From assembly GCA_029564175.1 (NCBI GenBank), contig JAKQQL010000314.1, forward strand, positions 1-23,039: DNA of 23,039 bases, written 5' to 3'. Shown here in pieces: positions 1-8,483 of this stretch (within the stretch, counting starts at the first letter, position 1; each line of letters begins with the position of its first letter). The notes beneath the pieces were generated by a model, which saw only the letters and a program-made list of their open reading frames with translations, was not told the origin of the DNA and searched no databases. This DNA is from Candidatus Cloacimonadota bacterium. Lineage in GTDB: Bacteria; Cloacimonadota; Cloacimonadia; Cloacimonadales; WRIO01. The position numbers were made by a program, and so were the translations under genes.

Positions 1-595
1 AGGCAATTGTATTTTTTCTCATGAGTACAGGTCTGATCATTCTTTTAAGAGCGTCTTTTTCAATGAGGGTATCAGCATCACAAGCCATGAAAAAAGGTGA
101 AGTACAAGCGTTTATCCCTGCATTTAAAGAATCAGCCTTTCCTCCGTTTTCTTTGTCAATTACCAGTAAATTTGCATATATTTTCGATTTATAATAAGCT
201 TTTACCGGCTTGGTTTTAACATAACTTGGAATTGCCGGAGGTACCTTATAACAATCAAAAGCTCTGATGATCTGGTTTAATGTATCATCTTTAGAACCAT
301 CATTGACAACAACAACTTCAATATGCCGGTATGATAAATGCAACATGGCATTAATACTGGTGACAATATTCTCCTGTTCATTATAGGCCGGTGCAACAAT
401 ACTGATTGCCGGCACCGAATCTGATTTAAGGATATTATCAATATCTTCGGAGTTGATTTCTTTAAATCTTTCATACAAATCTGGGATAGAGAGCAGGACA
501 AGAATAATATAGATTGAATTGATCCATAAAAAATACCAGATGATAAAAACATCTGTATAATAAATCAATTTCAAAGTAAACTCATACAAAGTCAT
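1..595 (-). CDS. Family 2 glycosyltransferase, PgaC/IcaA (poly-beta-1,6-GlcNAc synthase)-like, with N-terminal TM helix; runs off the left edge
   Basis: My translation from ATG 595 (TAATG overlap with the HEAT gene stop): MTLYEFTLKLIYYTDVFIIWYFLWINSIYIILVLLSIPDLYERF...ISIVAPAYNEQENI...VVVNDGSKDDT...DKENGGKADSLNAGINA...MACDADTLIEKDAL. It carries the GT-A motifs PAYNE, NDGS, NGGKA and DxD, and is open to the window edge. Confidence 0.9.
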   Translation of the reverse strand, partial: MTLYEFTLKLIYYTDVFIIWYFLWINSIYIILVLLSIPDLYERFKEINSEDIDNILKSDSVPAISIVAPAYNEQENIVTSINAMLHLSYRHIEVVVVNDGSKDDTLNQIIRAFDCYKVPPAIPSYVKTKPVKAYYKSKIYANLLVIDKENGGKADSLNAGINACTSPFFMACDADTLIEKDALKRMIRPVLMRKNTIA

Positions 596-1650
596 TATAC
601 CACCTCCGATGGCATAGCGAGTATGTACTGACTCATCTCGTAAGCATAATGATCAATATCAGGATCTATATTTTTTAAGGCATACAATCCATCCTGATCC
701 AGCAGTTTTAATCCGATAGCTGAATTTAAACGCACCCACCAAACTCTGTCCTGAATGCTCTTCAACAGATAAGGAATGGCTTGTTTGATTTTCAATTCAC
801 CAAGTTTGTATGCACAAAAGCCTCTGATTTTCCAGTTCTCATCAGAGAGCGATTTGATCAGTACTGCAGAGAGTTTATCGTCTGGATTAACAACGTAACA
901 CTTTAGAGCTGAATATCTTAGTTCTGGATTATCAGAATTTATATCTGGATTTAAGTCATACTCCAGTTTTTCAAAAACCCAGTTAGATAGCATTTCAAGA
1001 CAAATAATCTTAACCGGTTCAGGTGGGTTAGAGAGTAGTTCAGTCCTCAAGAAAATAAAGGATTTTTGACCGGCAGTTAAGAAAGCGTCTCTGTATATAT
1101 AAGAAGAAAAACCTTTATCTTTTACAAATTCAGCCAGTATTTTTCTAAAACAATTACCAGTCGCCAGCTTTTGTGCAGCAATGATAATATGAATACGAAC
1201 CAGAAGAACAGAATCATTCATCAGTTTCAGTATATATTTCTCTTCTTCAGGCAAAGGATCTTGCATCAGAATTCGTGCAGCATAATTTCTTTTCATCCAG
1301 AAAATACTCTTATAATGTCGGTATGCCCATTGCCTGAGGTATTTATCTAAAAAAGCTGCCCGTAGTTTTTTCCAGTTTCCATCATCAATTTTTTGGTTGA
1401 TTTCTTCGATTATTCCAATCAAGATTGAAATTTTTAGTTCTTCTTTTGACAGGACTAATCCAAAATCGGTTCTATGTTCTGAGCTAAACAGGTAAGAAAA
1501 AACTTTTTCAAAAACCCTGCTTTTGATTTTACGTTGCTTATTCTGTTGCAATCTGAGCCAGATATTCAGAAGAGAAATCATTAAGCCTCCAATCACCAGA
1601 ATAGCAAGCTCAATAAAAAAGATAATTGTCAGTAGTTCAAGCGATTTCAT
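595..1650 (-). CDS. Membrane-anchored HEAT-repeat protein
   Basis: N-terminal hydrophobic helix; HEAT/PBS-lyase-like repeats (LSDENWKIRGFCAYKLGEL, IQDRVWWVRLNSAIGL, MNDSVLLVRIHIIIAA); translationally coupled to the GT2 gene. Confidence 0.85.
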   Translation of the reverse strand: MKSLELLTIIFFIELAILVIGGLMISLLNIWLRLQQNKQRKIKSRVFEKVFSYLFSSEHRTDFGLVLSKEELKISILIGIIEEINQKIDDGNWKKLRAAFLDKYLRQWAYRHYKSIFWMKRNYAARILMQDPLPEEEKYILKLMNDSVLLVRIHIIIAAQKLATGNCFRKILAEFVKDKGFSSYIYRDAFLTAGQKSFIFLRTELLSNPPEPVKIICLEMLSNWVFEKLEYDLNPDINSDNPELRYSALKCYVVNPDDKLSAVLIKSLSDENWKIRGFCAYKLGELKIKQAIPYLLKSIQDRVWWVRLNSAIGLKLLDQDGLYALKNIDPDIDHYAYEMSQYILAMPSEVV

Positions 1651-1651
1651 A

Positions 1652-2830
1652 TCACTTTTTAAACTGAATACTCAGATATTTATTTAATTTTTCCAGAAAC
1701 ACACTCAGTGAAAATGGTTTAAACAAATAATCAAATGCACCGGCCTTTAAACCCATCAATATATCTTCTTCTGTTGTTTTCGAAGTCAGAAAAATGACAG
1801 GCGTCTTTTTTTTAATCTCCTGAGGGATACTGGCAAGAATTTGAAGTCCGTCAGTATCCTGAAGCTGACGATCCAGAATTATTAAATCAATTGATTTCTC
1901 TAATGGCTGGGTCAGGTAGTCGATAGCCTGACTGCCCTCATAGAATATCAGATAATTAAATTTTCTGTTATCAAAAGCAATTGACAATATTTTCGTAAAG
2001 TCTTTGTCGTCATCCACAATTAAGATTAGAGGTTGATCAGGTTCTATAATAGATTTTAGAAAATTCTCTTTCCTGCTTTCTAAAGGCGCTTTAATGACAG
2101 ATATATTCTGTTTATCATTAAGACTGTTAAAAACCAGACTTAAAAATTCTTCTGGATTCACAGGTTTATTCATGATCTGAAGAACAGACATATCACTAAG
2201 GGCTTTTTCAATGACAGTTTTATCCATTGCTGTATTGATAATCACTTTAATCTGTTTAAATTCAGACTTTTCACGAATCATTTTTAGCAGTCTGATACCA
2301 TTTATATGAGGCATCTCAATATCAAGCACCAGTAAGGCAGGTTTATATTGATACAGTTTTTCGATAACTTCTAAAGGCTCATGCACATGAATTGATGTGA
2401 AGCCGGCCTCTTTTAATATGACCTGTTCAAATTTTACAACATCAAAATCATCATCAATGATCATAATCAACTGTTCATTATCTGAACTTTCAACCTGACT
2501 GATCGTTGGCGTTCTGGATTCTTCAAAGGCATTAGCAAACTGATACAAGAATTGATTTAGAAATTCCTTATTAAAAAGGCTTATATCATTAAGACGAATC
2601 TGTTTTTCTAGTAGCATTTCCATTTCTCTGGCAATTTTGCTTAGTGTATCAAAACCGTAACTTCCTGCATTTCCAGCAATTTTATGCATTTCTTTTTTTA
2701 AATCATTGGCTGCTTCAAGTGATTTTACAACAAGAAGGTGTTCACAGATTTTCTTGATACGTTTGACTTTTTCAAGCTTTGTATGATAGTATTGAAGTTT
2801 TAAATCTTCTAAAATATTGATTTCATTCAT
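1652..2830 (-). CDS. Hpt-REC-REC phosphorelay protein with no output domain
   Basis: Hpt motif HKIAGNAGSYGF; two receiver domains with intact DD..D..T..KP residues (IIDDD/LDIEMP/NKP and IVDDD/LDRQL/FKPF). Confidence 0.88.
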   Translation of the reverse strand: MNEINILEDLKLQYYHTKLEKVKRIKKICEHLLVVKSLEAANDLKKEMHKIAGNAGSYGFDTLSKIAREMEMLLEKQIRLNDISLFNKEFLNQFLYQFANAFEESRTPTISQVESSDNEQLIMIIDDDFDVVKFEQVILKEAGFTSIHVHEPLEVIEKLYQYKPALLVLDIEMPHINGIRLLKMIREKSEFKQIKVIINTAMDKTVIEKALSDMSVLQIMNKPVNPEEFLSLVFNSLNDKQNISVIKAPLESRKENFLKSIIEPDQPLILIVDDDKDFTKILSIAFDNRKFNYLIFYEGSQAIDYLTQPLEKSIDLIILDRQLQDTDGLQILASIPQEIKKKTPVIFLTSKTTEEDILMGLKAGAFDYLFKPFSLSVFLEKLNKYLSIQFKK

Positions 2831-3197
2831 AGAGATACTTTTTTATCATATTCACTAAATCATTTGGCATAAAGGGTTTTACCAGATAATCAGTAAAACC
2901 GGCATTCTTAGCAGATTCAATATCTTCATGATAATCATGAGCAGAGACTGCAATAACCGGTAAATGAGCAATCTTTTCTATCCCTCTTAAAGTTTTAACA
3001 AGTTCAATACCACTAATATCAGGCAAACTAATATCACACAAAATTAAGTCAGGCTGATGCATTGAAATCCAGTTAATTGCCTTATCGCCAGTGAGCATAA
3101 AAACAGGTTCTTCTTTCATGAAGCCAATAATTCTGCTCATTAGCAAATTATTGTCAGTATCATCATCGATAATTAATATTGTCTTTTTTTCTTTCAT
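2823..3197 (-). CDS. Single-domain response regulator (CheY/DivK-like receiver)
   Basis: ILIIDDD, CDISLPDISG, AVSA, LVKPF; 124 aa; 8-bp overlap with the next gene. Confidence 0.92.
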   Translation of the reverse strand: MKEKKTILIIDDDTDNNLLMSRIIGFMKEEPVFMLTGDKAINWISMHQPDLILCDISLPDISGIELVKTLRGIEKIAHLPVIAVSAHDYHEDIESAKNAGFTDYLVKPFMPNDLVNMIKKYLYE

Positions 3198-3203
3198 ATT
3201 TCA

Positions 3204-3231
3204 ATAATAGACATTTTCACAGTTTAGTCAA
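3204..3231 (-). promoter_or_regulatory. Sigma70-type promoter for the REC/Hpt/HEAT/GT2 operon, possibly giving a leaderless mRNA
   Basis: Minus strand TTGACT (3231-3226), 16 bp, TATTAT (3209-3204), 6 nt, ATG 3197; no SD is visible. Confidence 0.55.
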
Positions 3232-3320
3232 GTTTTTTTTCATATTTTTGTTGCAATTGGAAAGAATAAGTTTACTTTTTTATTATAGCTTTATTCAAAT
3301 TAGCTATAAGAAGTGAGAAT

Positions 3321-6230
3321 ATGCTACAAACCAGTATCAATTTAATCAATAAAATAAGAAAAATAAGATCAACAGCCTATATACTGATGACACTCACCTT
3401 TGTGCTGGTAGGTATCATTCTTGTCAATTTTATAAACAGACAGTACACGCTTGCTGAAATTGTTGATAACATCGGCAGACAAAGAATGCTCAGCCAAAAA
3501 CTGGTTAACAGCCTTTTTATTCTCAATCACAATATGAATCATCATCCTGAGCAAATATCTTTATCTACTTTCACTAAAGATCTGAATGATTTTCAAAATG
3601 CCCATTCTTACATTGCAAAGGTGAGATCAGTCGGTACTTATCATTTCATTCTGAATCTAAAAAATATCAATAAAGAGAAGAAAGAAGTACAAACTCAATA
3701 TGCATCATTCTTAAAACAATTGTTTTCAATCAGGCAGTCTGTATTTTTCCAGAATAAATTAATCAGTCCTGATCAGGAGCAAAAACTGATTGCCACACAA
3801 AATCTATACGTCAAGGCAATCGACAATTTAAATCAAAGCATCAGTAATACAAATAAGTCATTTATCCGATACAATACCATTAGTTTATTATTGTTATTCT
3901 TCTTGCAGATGATTTTTATGATTGGAGAGAATTTTTTTATATTCTATCCGGTGAGTAAAAAGCTACTCTCTTTTCTGAAAAACTATGCAAAAACCGAAGA
4001 CAGATACAAAAAAATTTTCAATCAGTCATCTGAAGCTATTCTGCTGATTCAAAAAGGTGTTATCTGCGATTTTAATCAAAAAACCCTTGATATGCACTTT
4101 TTGAAACATAAAGCTGACATTTTGAACCAAGAAGTAGATGTTGTATTTCCACATATTGAGCAACCTGAATACAAGACTACATTTAAAGAGCAGTTAATGC
4201 TTTCTGAATTGCAGGGCACCTGTCAATTTAATTACCTTTATACCTGCAATGAGAAAACTTTTTTAGCTGACATCAGTCTTACTCATCTGAAAGACTTTGA
4301 TGAAAATACACATATTGCTTTATGGCATGATGTCAGTGAAATCAGAAAAATGAATGAAACCATTAAAGAGAGAGAAGCATTTCTCCGTCTGATCATTGAT
4401 TCTAGCCCAAATCTAATCTTTGTGAAAGATCTTAATAGCCGTTATCTACTTGCAAATAAAGCATTAACAGATTTATATCATATCTCTCAGGAAGATATTA
4501 TCGGAAAAACAGATTATGATTTTGCTTGTAATAAAGAAGAGGCAAATCAGTTTAGACAAGCAGATATCGAAGTATTGAACAATAAAGAAGCTAAAATAGT
4601 CAATGAGGAGACTCTCACAAATCAAGAAGGATTTACCCGTTATTTTTATACTATAAAAATTCCGCTTCTTGACAAAAAAGGAGATATCTTTGCCTTATTA
4701 GGAGTTGCAACAGATATTAGTGAGATAAAAAAAGCAGAACAAGCACTTCGTGAAGCTCGTCAGATTGCTGAACAGGCGAATAAAACTAAAAGTGAATTTC
4801 TTGCAAATATGAGTCATGAAATCAGAACTCCTATGAATGCTATTTTAGGATTTTCAGAGCTTATCAAGTCCAAAAACACAGATCCTCAGCTAAAAGAATG
4901 GGTAGATTCAATCTATCACTCAGGAAAAAATCTGTTAAGGCTTATCAATGATATTCTTGATTTGTCAAAGATTGAAGCTGGCAAAATTGATATTCAGCAA
5001 AATGACATTCACCTTGCTGATTTGATTAATGAAATATCTTCTGTTTTTTCGTATAAAATCAAAGAAAAAGCACTCAATTTAATGATCCATATTGAAAAAG
5101 ATATACCCGACCGATTATTGCTAGATGAAGTCAGACTCAGACAGATACTTTTCAATCTGACAGGAAATGCAGTTAAATATACAAACTCCGGCTATATTAA
5201 AATAAGTGTTAGTTCTGAGAAGCATGAGAGCATGAATACCATCAACCTGATTATAAAAATAGAAGATTCAGGCATCGGAATCAAGTCTGAAAATCTTGAT
5301 TTAATCTTTGAGGAATTCAGACAATTAAAACCAGGTAATCAGAATTTTACAGGAGGGACAGGTCTCGGACTTGCTATCAGTAAAAAACTGTCAGAGTTAA
5401 TGAACGGTACACTAACTGTAAAAAGTGAGATAGATCAAGGGAGTGAATTTACCTTAACCTTTCGTAATGTCACTTATCTGAAAGAAATCAAAATAACAGA
5501 AAATGATACAAAGCTCACAAATATCCAGTTTTTACCTGCAAAAATACTGATTGCAGATGATGTTAAGTCTAATCGTTTACTTCTGAAAAATATGCTTTCT
5601 GAGTTTCCATTTGAAATTATAGAAGCTGAAGATGGAGAAGAAGCAGTGAAAAAGGCAATTTCAGAAAAACCTGATTTGATTTATATAGACATGATTATGC
5701 CTTCTCTGTCCGGTTCAGATGCATTAGAATTACTAAAAAACAAGCAGGATACCGCTTCAATACCTGTAATTCTCATCACTGCTTCAGCCATAGAAATGAA
5801 AGAATACAATTATTCTGATAAGCCATTTGATGAGATTCTGTTTAAGCCAATTCAAATGAACGAATTAATCCTTTCACTAAAAAAATTCATCAGACAGAGT
5901 AATGAATTATCAGAAACAGTTAAGAAAAACATTAGTCCTTATAATCATATCGATTATCATATGCTGAAAGACGTCATTTGTGATCTGGATTTAATATACA
6001 GACAGCAGTGGATTGAGATTAAGGACAGTATGCTGATAGATGAAATTCAAGATTTTGCTGATAATATGTTGATTTTGTCCAGACAGTCAAATGTCGATTT
6101 TTTTATAAATTGGTCTGAAAAGCTTATCCATGAAATAAATCAGTTTGACATTGTAAGCGTTCAGTTTACATTGTCACAATATCCCTTGATATTGGATAAT
6201 TTAAAAGAAATGAGTGAATTACAGGAGTGA
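3321..6230 (+). CDS. Membrane hybrid sensor histidine kinase: TM, NarX/PilJ-like periplasmic sensor, TM, PAS, PAS, HisKA, HATPase_c, REC, helical C-terminal domain
   Basis: P-box-like NIGRQRMLSQKL after TM1; PAS domains (IFNQSSEAILLI; IIDSSPNLIFVKD...GVATDISE); H-box FLANMSHEIRTPMNAILG; N-box QILFNLTGNAVKYT; DSGIGI; GTGLGLAI; REC ADD/IDMIMP/FKP. Confidence 0.93.
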   Translation: MLQTSINLINKIRKIRSTAYILMTLTFVLVGIILVNFINRQYTLAEIVDNIGRQRMLSQKLVNSLFILNHNMNHHPEQISLSTFTKDLNDFQNAHSYIAKVRSVGTYHFILNLKNINKEKKEVQTQYASFLKQLFSIRQSVFFQNKLISPDQEQKLIATQNLYVKAIDNLNQSISNTNKSFIRYNTISLLLLFFLQMIFMIGENFFIFYPVSKKLLSFLKNYAKTEDRYKKIFNQSSEAILLIQKGVICDFNQKTLDMHFLKHKADILNQEVDVVFPHIEQPEYKTTFKEQLMLSELQGTCQFNYLYTCNEKTFLADISLTHLKDFDENTHIALWHDVSEIRKMNETIKEREAFLRLIIDSSPNLIFVKDLNSRYLLANKALTDLYHISQEDIIGKTDYDFACNKEEANQFRQADIEVLNNKEAKIVNEETLTNQEGFTRYFYTIKIPLLDKKGDIFALLGVATDISEIKKAEQALREARQIAEQANKTKSEFLANMSHEIRTPMNAILGFSELIKSKNTDPQLKEWVDSIYHSGKNLLRLINDILDLSKIEAGKIDIQQNDIHLADLINEISSVFSYKIKEKALNLMIHIEKDIPDRLLLDEVRLRQILFNLTGNAVKYTNSGYIKISVSSEKHESMNTINLIIKIEDSGIGIKSENLDLIFEEFRQLKPGNQNFTGGTGLGLAISKKLSELMNGTLTVKSEIDQGSEFTLTFRNVTYLKEIKITENDTKLTNIQFLPAKILIADDVKSNRLLLKNMLSEFPFEIIEAEDGEEAVKKAISEKPDLIYIDMIMPSLSGSDALELLKNKQDTASIPVILITASAIEMKEYNYSDKPFDEILFKPIQMNELILSLKKFIRQSNELSETVKKNISPYNHIDYHMLKDVICDLDLIYRQQWIEIKDSMLIDEIQDFADNMLILSRQSNVDFFINWSEKLIHEINQFDIVSVQFTLSQYPLILDNLKEMSELQE

Positions 6231-6233
6231 AAT

Positions 6234-7355
6234 ATGAGCCATCAGGAAAAAGCGTTAATTCTCTTAGTTGATGATATACCAGCCAATTTACAGGTACTTG
6301 GGCACTTGCTTCGAGATGAGGAAAAATACAGTCTTGCAATTGCCACTAATGGTAGCAATGCGATCAGTCTGGCAAAAAAACACAAACCTGATCTCATCCT
6401 CCTGGATATCATGATGCCAGATATTAATGGCTATGATGTTTGTCGTCAGCTTAAATCAGATAATGACACAAAAGAAATTCCTGTCATTTTTCTCACAGCA
6501 AAAACCCAGTCAGATGACATTGTCAAAGGCTTTGAAGTGGGCGCTGTTGACTATCTGACAAAGCCTTTCAATAAATATGAGTTATTCGCTCGGGTAAAGA
6601 CTCATCTGAAATTGAAAAAAAGTATAGAGGAACTCAATCAAAGCACAAAAGAACTTGAAAAAAACAATAAGCAAAAAGACAAATTCTTTTCTATTCTTGC
6701 TCATGATTTAAGAAATCCGATCAATTCTCAGTTAGGCTTATCTCATCTGATGATTGATCAGTTTGATTCTTTTACCCATGATGAATTAAAAGAAAATTTA
6801 CAACATATCTTTTCATCAGCAAAATCAATGTCAAATCTTCTGGATAACATGCTTACCTGGGCAAGAACTCAAATGGGCAAGATTCAATATATGCCGGTTC
6901 TGGAAGATATATCTCTTCTGATAAAAGAGACGATTAAATCACTTCTGCCTATCGCTGAGAATAAAAACATCTCTTTACAAATGGAAAATGAAGTAGTAAG
7001 CAATATTGAACTGGATATTCACATGATAAGTACAGTATTAAGGAATTTGATTACCAACGCCATCAAGTTTACTCATCCAGGAGGTAAAGTCTTAATAAAT
7101 TATCAAATAGACCACAAAGAGTTAAAAGTCGAAGTAAAGGATAATGGAATTGGAATTTCAGAAGACAACATGAAAAAACTGTTTAATCTGGAATCACAGC
7201 TTAAAACAAATGGAACAGCTGATGAAAAAGGAACCGGACTTGGTCTCTTATTATGTAAAGAATTTATTGACTTACATAAAGGCAGTATAGGTGCAACAAG
7301 TGAGCTTGATAAAGGGAGCTGCTTTTACTTTACTTTACCTGTTAAAAATTTTTAA
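6234..7355 (+). CDS. Cytoplasmic hybrid REC-histidine kinase
   Basis: REC (LVDDIPAN, LDIMMP, TKPF), then H-box ILAHDLRNP, NLITNAIKFT, DNGIGI, GTGLGL; SD CAGGAG upstream; 3 bp after the previous gene. Confidence 0.93.
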   Translation: MSHQEKALILLVDDIPANLQVLGHLLRDEEKYSLAIATNGSNAISLAKKHKPDLILLDIMMPDINGYDVCRQLKSDNDTKEIPVIFLTAKTQSDDIVKGFEVGAVDYLTKPFNKYELFARVKTHLKLKKSIEELNQSTKELEKNNKQKDKFFSILAHDLRNPINSQLGLSHLMIDQFDSFTHDELKENLQHIFSSAKSMSNLLDNMLTWARTQMGKIQYMPVLEDISLLIKETIKSLLPIAENKNISLQMENEVVSNIELDIHMISTVLRNLITNAIKFTHPGGKVLINYQIDHKELKVEVKDNGIGISEDNMKKLFNLESQLKTNGTADEKGTGLGLLLCKEFIDLHKGSIGATSELDKGSCFYFTLPVKNF

Positions 7356-7374
7356 AGCGTAACGAATCTGATAT

Positions 7375-7668
7375 TTAAACTTCTACAACTTCATTTTCTT
7401 CATTTTTCATCAGTAAATCGGCTCTTCTTGGCAAATCAGGCGGACCTTTAACCAGTAAACGCCATTCATCAGGAGTCATTGACATGTTCCAGAAGAAGAC
7501 AATCATTTTTGCAACGATTATACTTACCAACAGAGTAAAAACAGCTCTTAAAAAGGCTGGAATTAAGGAATATTCAGCAATAAAGTAGCCAGTAAAAAAT
7601 GTCAGGAAAAACATCATAATCGCTACGATGTTTACCCATGCATTTACATACTGTCTCTTTTTTATCAT
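7375..7668 (-). CDS. Small two-TM membrane protein directly after flhG (candidate FlgV-like)
   Basis: Two hydrophobic helices (VNIVAIMMFFLTFFTGYFIA; LIPAFLRAVFTLLVSIIVAKMIVFFW) and an acidic tail; ATGA overlap with the flhG stop; GAGGA upstream. The FlgV call rests on synteny and topology only. Confidence 0.7.
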   Translation of the reverse strand: MIKKRQYVNAWVNIVAIMMFFLTFFTGYFIAEYSLIPAFLRAVFTLLVSIIVAKMIVFFWNMSMTPDEWRLLVKGPPDLPRRADLLMKNEENEVVEV

Positions 7669-8483
7669 TCCTTATCCTCTTTTAATATGGTTACCGCAAT
7701 GTTATGAATACTGGCTGAAGCAATGGAACGAGGTCTTTTGATTACCAGAGGAACCTGTTCTTTGACCGCTTCAGGAATGCTCTTGTCTAATGGGATAGTT
7801 CCGGCATGCACCACAGATTTATTCAGAAAATGCTGAACAATCAGATTGATCTTATTATAAATGGTTTTACCCTCATCCTCAGTCTGTGCCAGATTGATTA
7901 TCAATCCAATATCTGGAGATTTTGCACGGTAATACAGCACTTTGATCATGGCATAGGCATCCGTAATTGCAGTAGGTTCAGGAGTTGTAACAACCAGCAC
8001 TTTGTCAGCACTCAGCACAAAGTCTATGGTCAGATCACTGATTCCAGCACCTGTATCAATCAGGATATAATCATAATCCTTTCTCAAATCCATATAGGCA
8101 TTGATTAAGGCTTGCTGATAATGTTTGACATTTTTCATCACCATGATATCTCCAGAAGAAGCCGGAAGGATTTTGATACCGCGAGGCCCTTCAACCAACA
8201 ACTGATCCACCGTAATCAAATCATCCATCAGATTGGATAATGTGTACTGAGGATAAATTCCCAATAGCACGTCTATATTTGACAGGTTCATATCTGCATC
8301 TATCAGCAGAACCTTCTTACCTCTTATCGACATTGCGATCGCTAAGTTTAGTATAAAGTTGGATTTTCCTACACCACCCTTACCTGAAGTAATGGCAATC
8401 ATCTTTGCTAATTTATCATTTTTCATTGTCTTATCATTCTTTATATATTGTTTTAAATTTTGTGTTTGAGTGTTAGTTTCCAT
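7665..8483 (-). CDS. flhG: MinD/ParA-family flagellar number regulator FlhG (FleN/YlxH)
   Basis: Deviant Walker A TSGKGGVGKS, LIDADMNLSNID, IDTGAG, TTPEPTAITDAYAMIK; immediately downstream of flhF. Confidence 0.9.
   Translation of the reverse strand: METNTQTQNLKQYIKNDKTMKNDKLAKMIAITSGKGGVGKSNFILNLAIAMSIRGKKVLLIDADMNLSNIDVLLGIYPQYTLSNLMDDLITVDQLLVEGPRGIKILPASSGDIMVMKNVKHYQQALINAYMDLRKDYDYILIDTGAGISDLTIDFVLSADKVLVVTTPEPTAITDAYAMIKVLYYRAKSPDIGLIINLAQTEDEGKTIYNKINLIVQHFLNKSVVHAGTIPLDKSIPEAVKEQVPLVIKRPRSIASASIHNIAVTILKEDKE

Noticed and set aside
277..552. 91-aa minus-strand ORF from the track, or a possible frameshifted GT2
   Set aside because: It is an off-frame shadow. The real GT2 frame starts at ATG 595 and is uninterrupted to the window edge.
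7356..7374. Terminator between the convergent kinase and the flhFG operon
   Set aside because: The gap is 19 bp with no hairpin, so none can be called.
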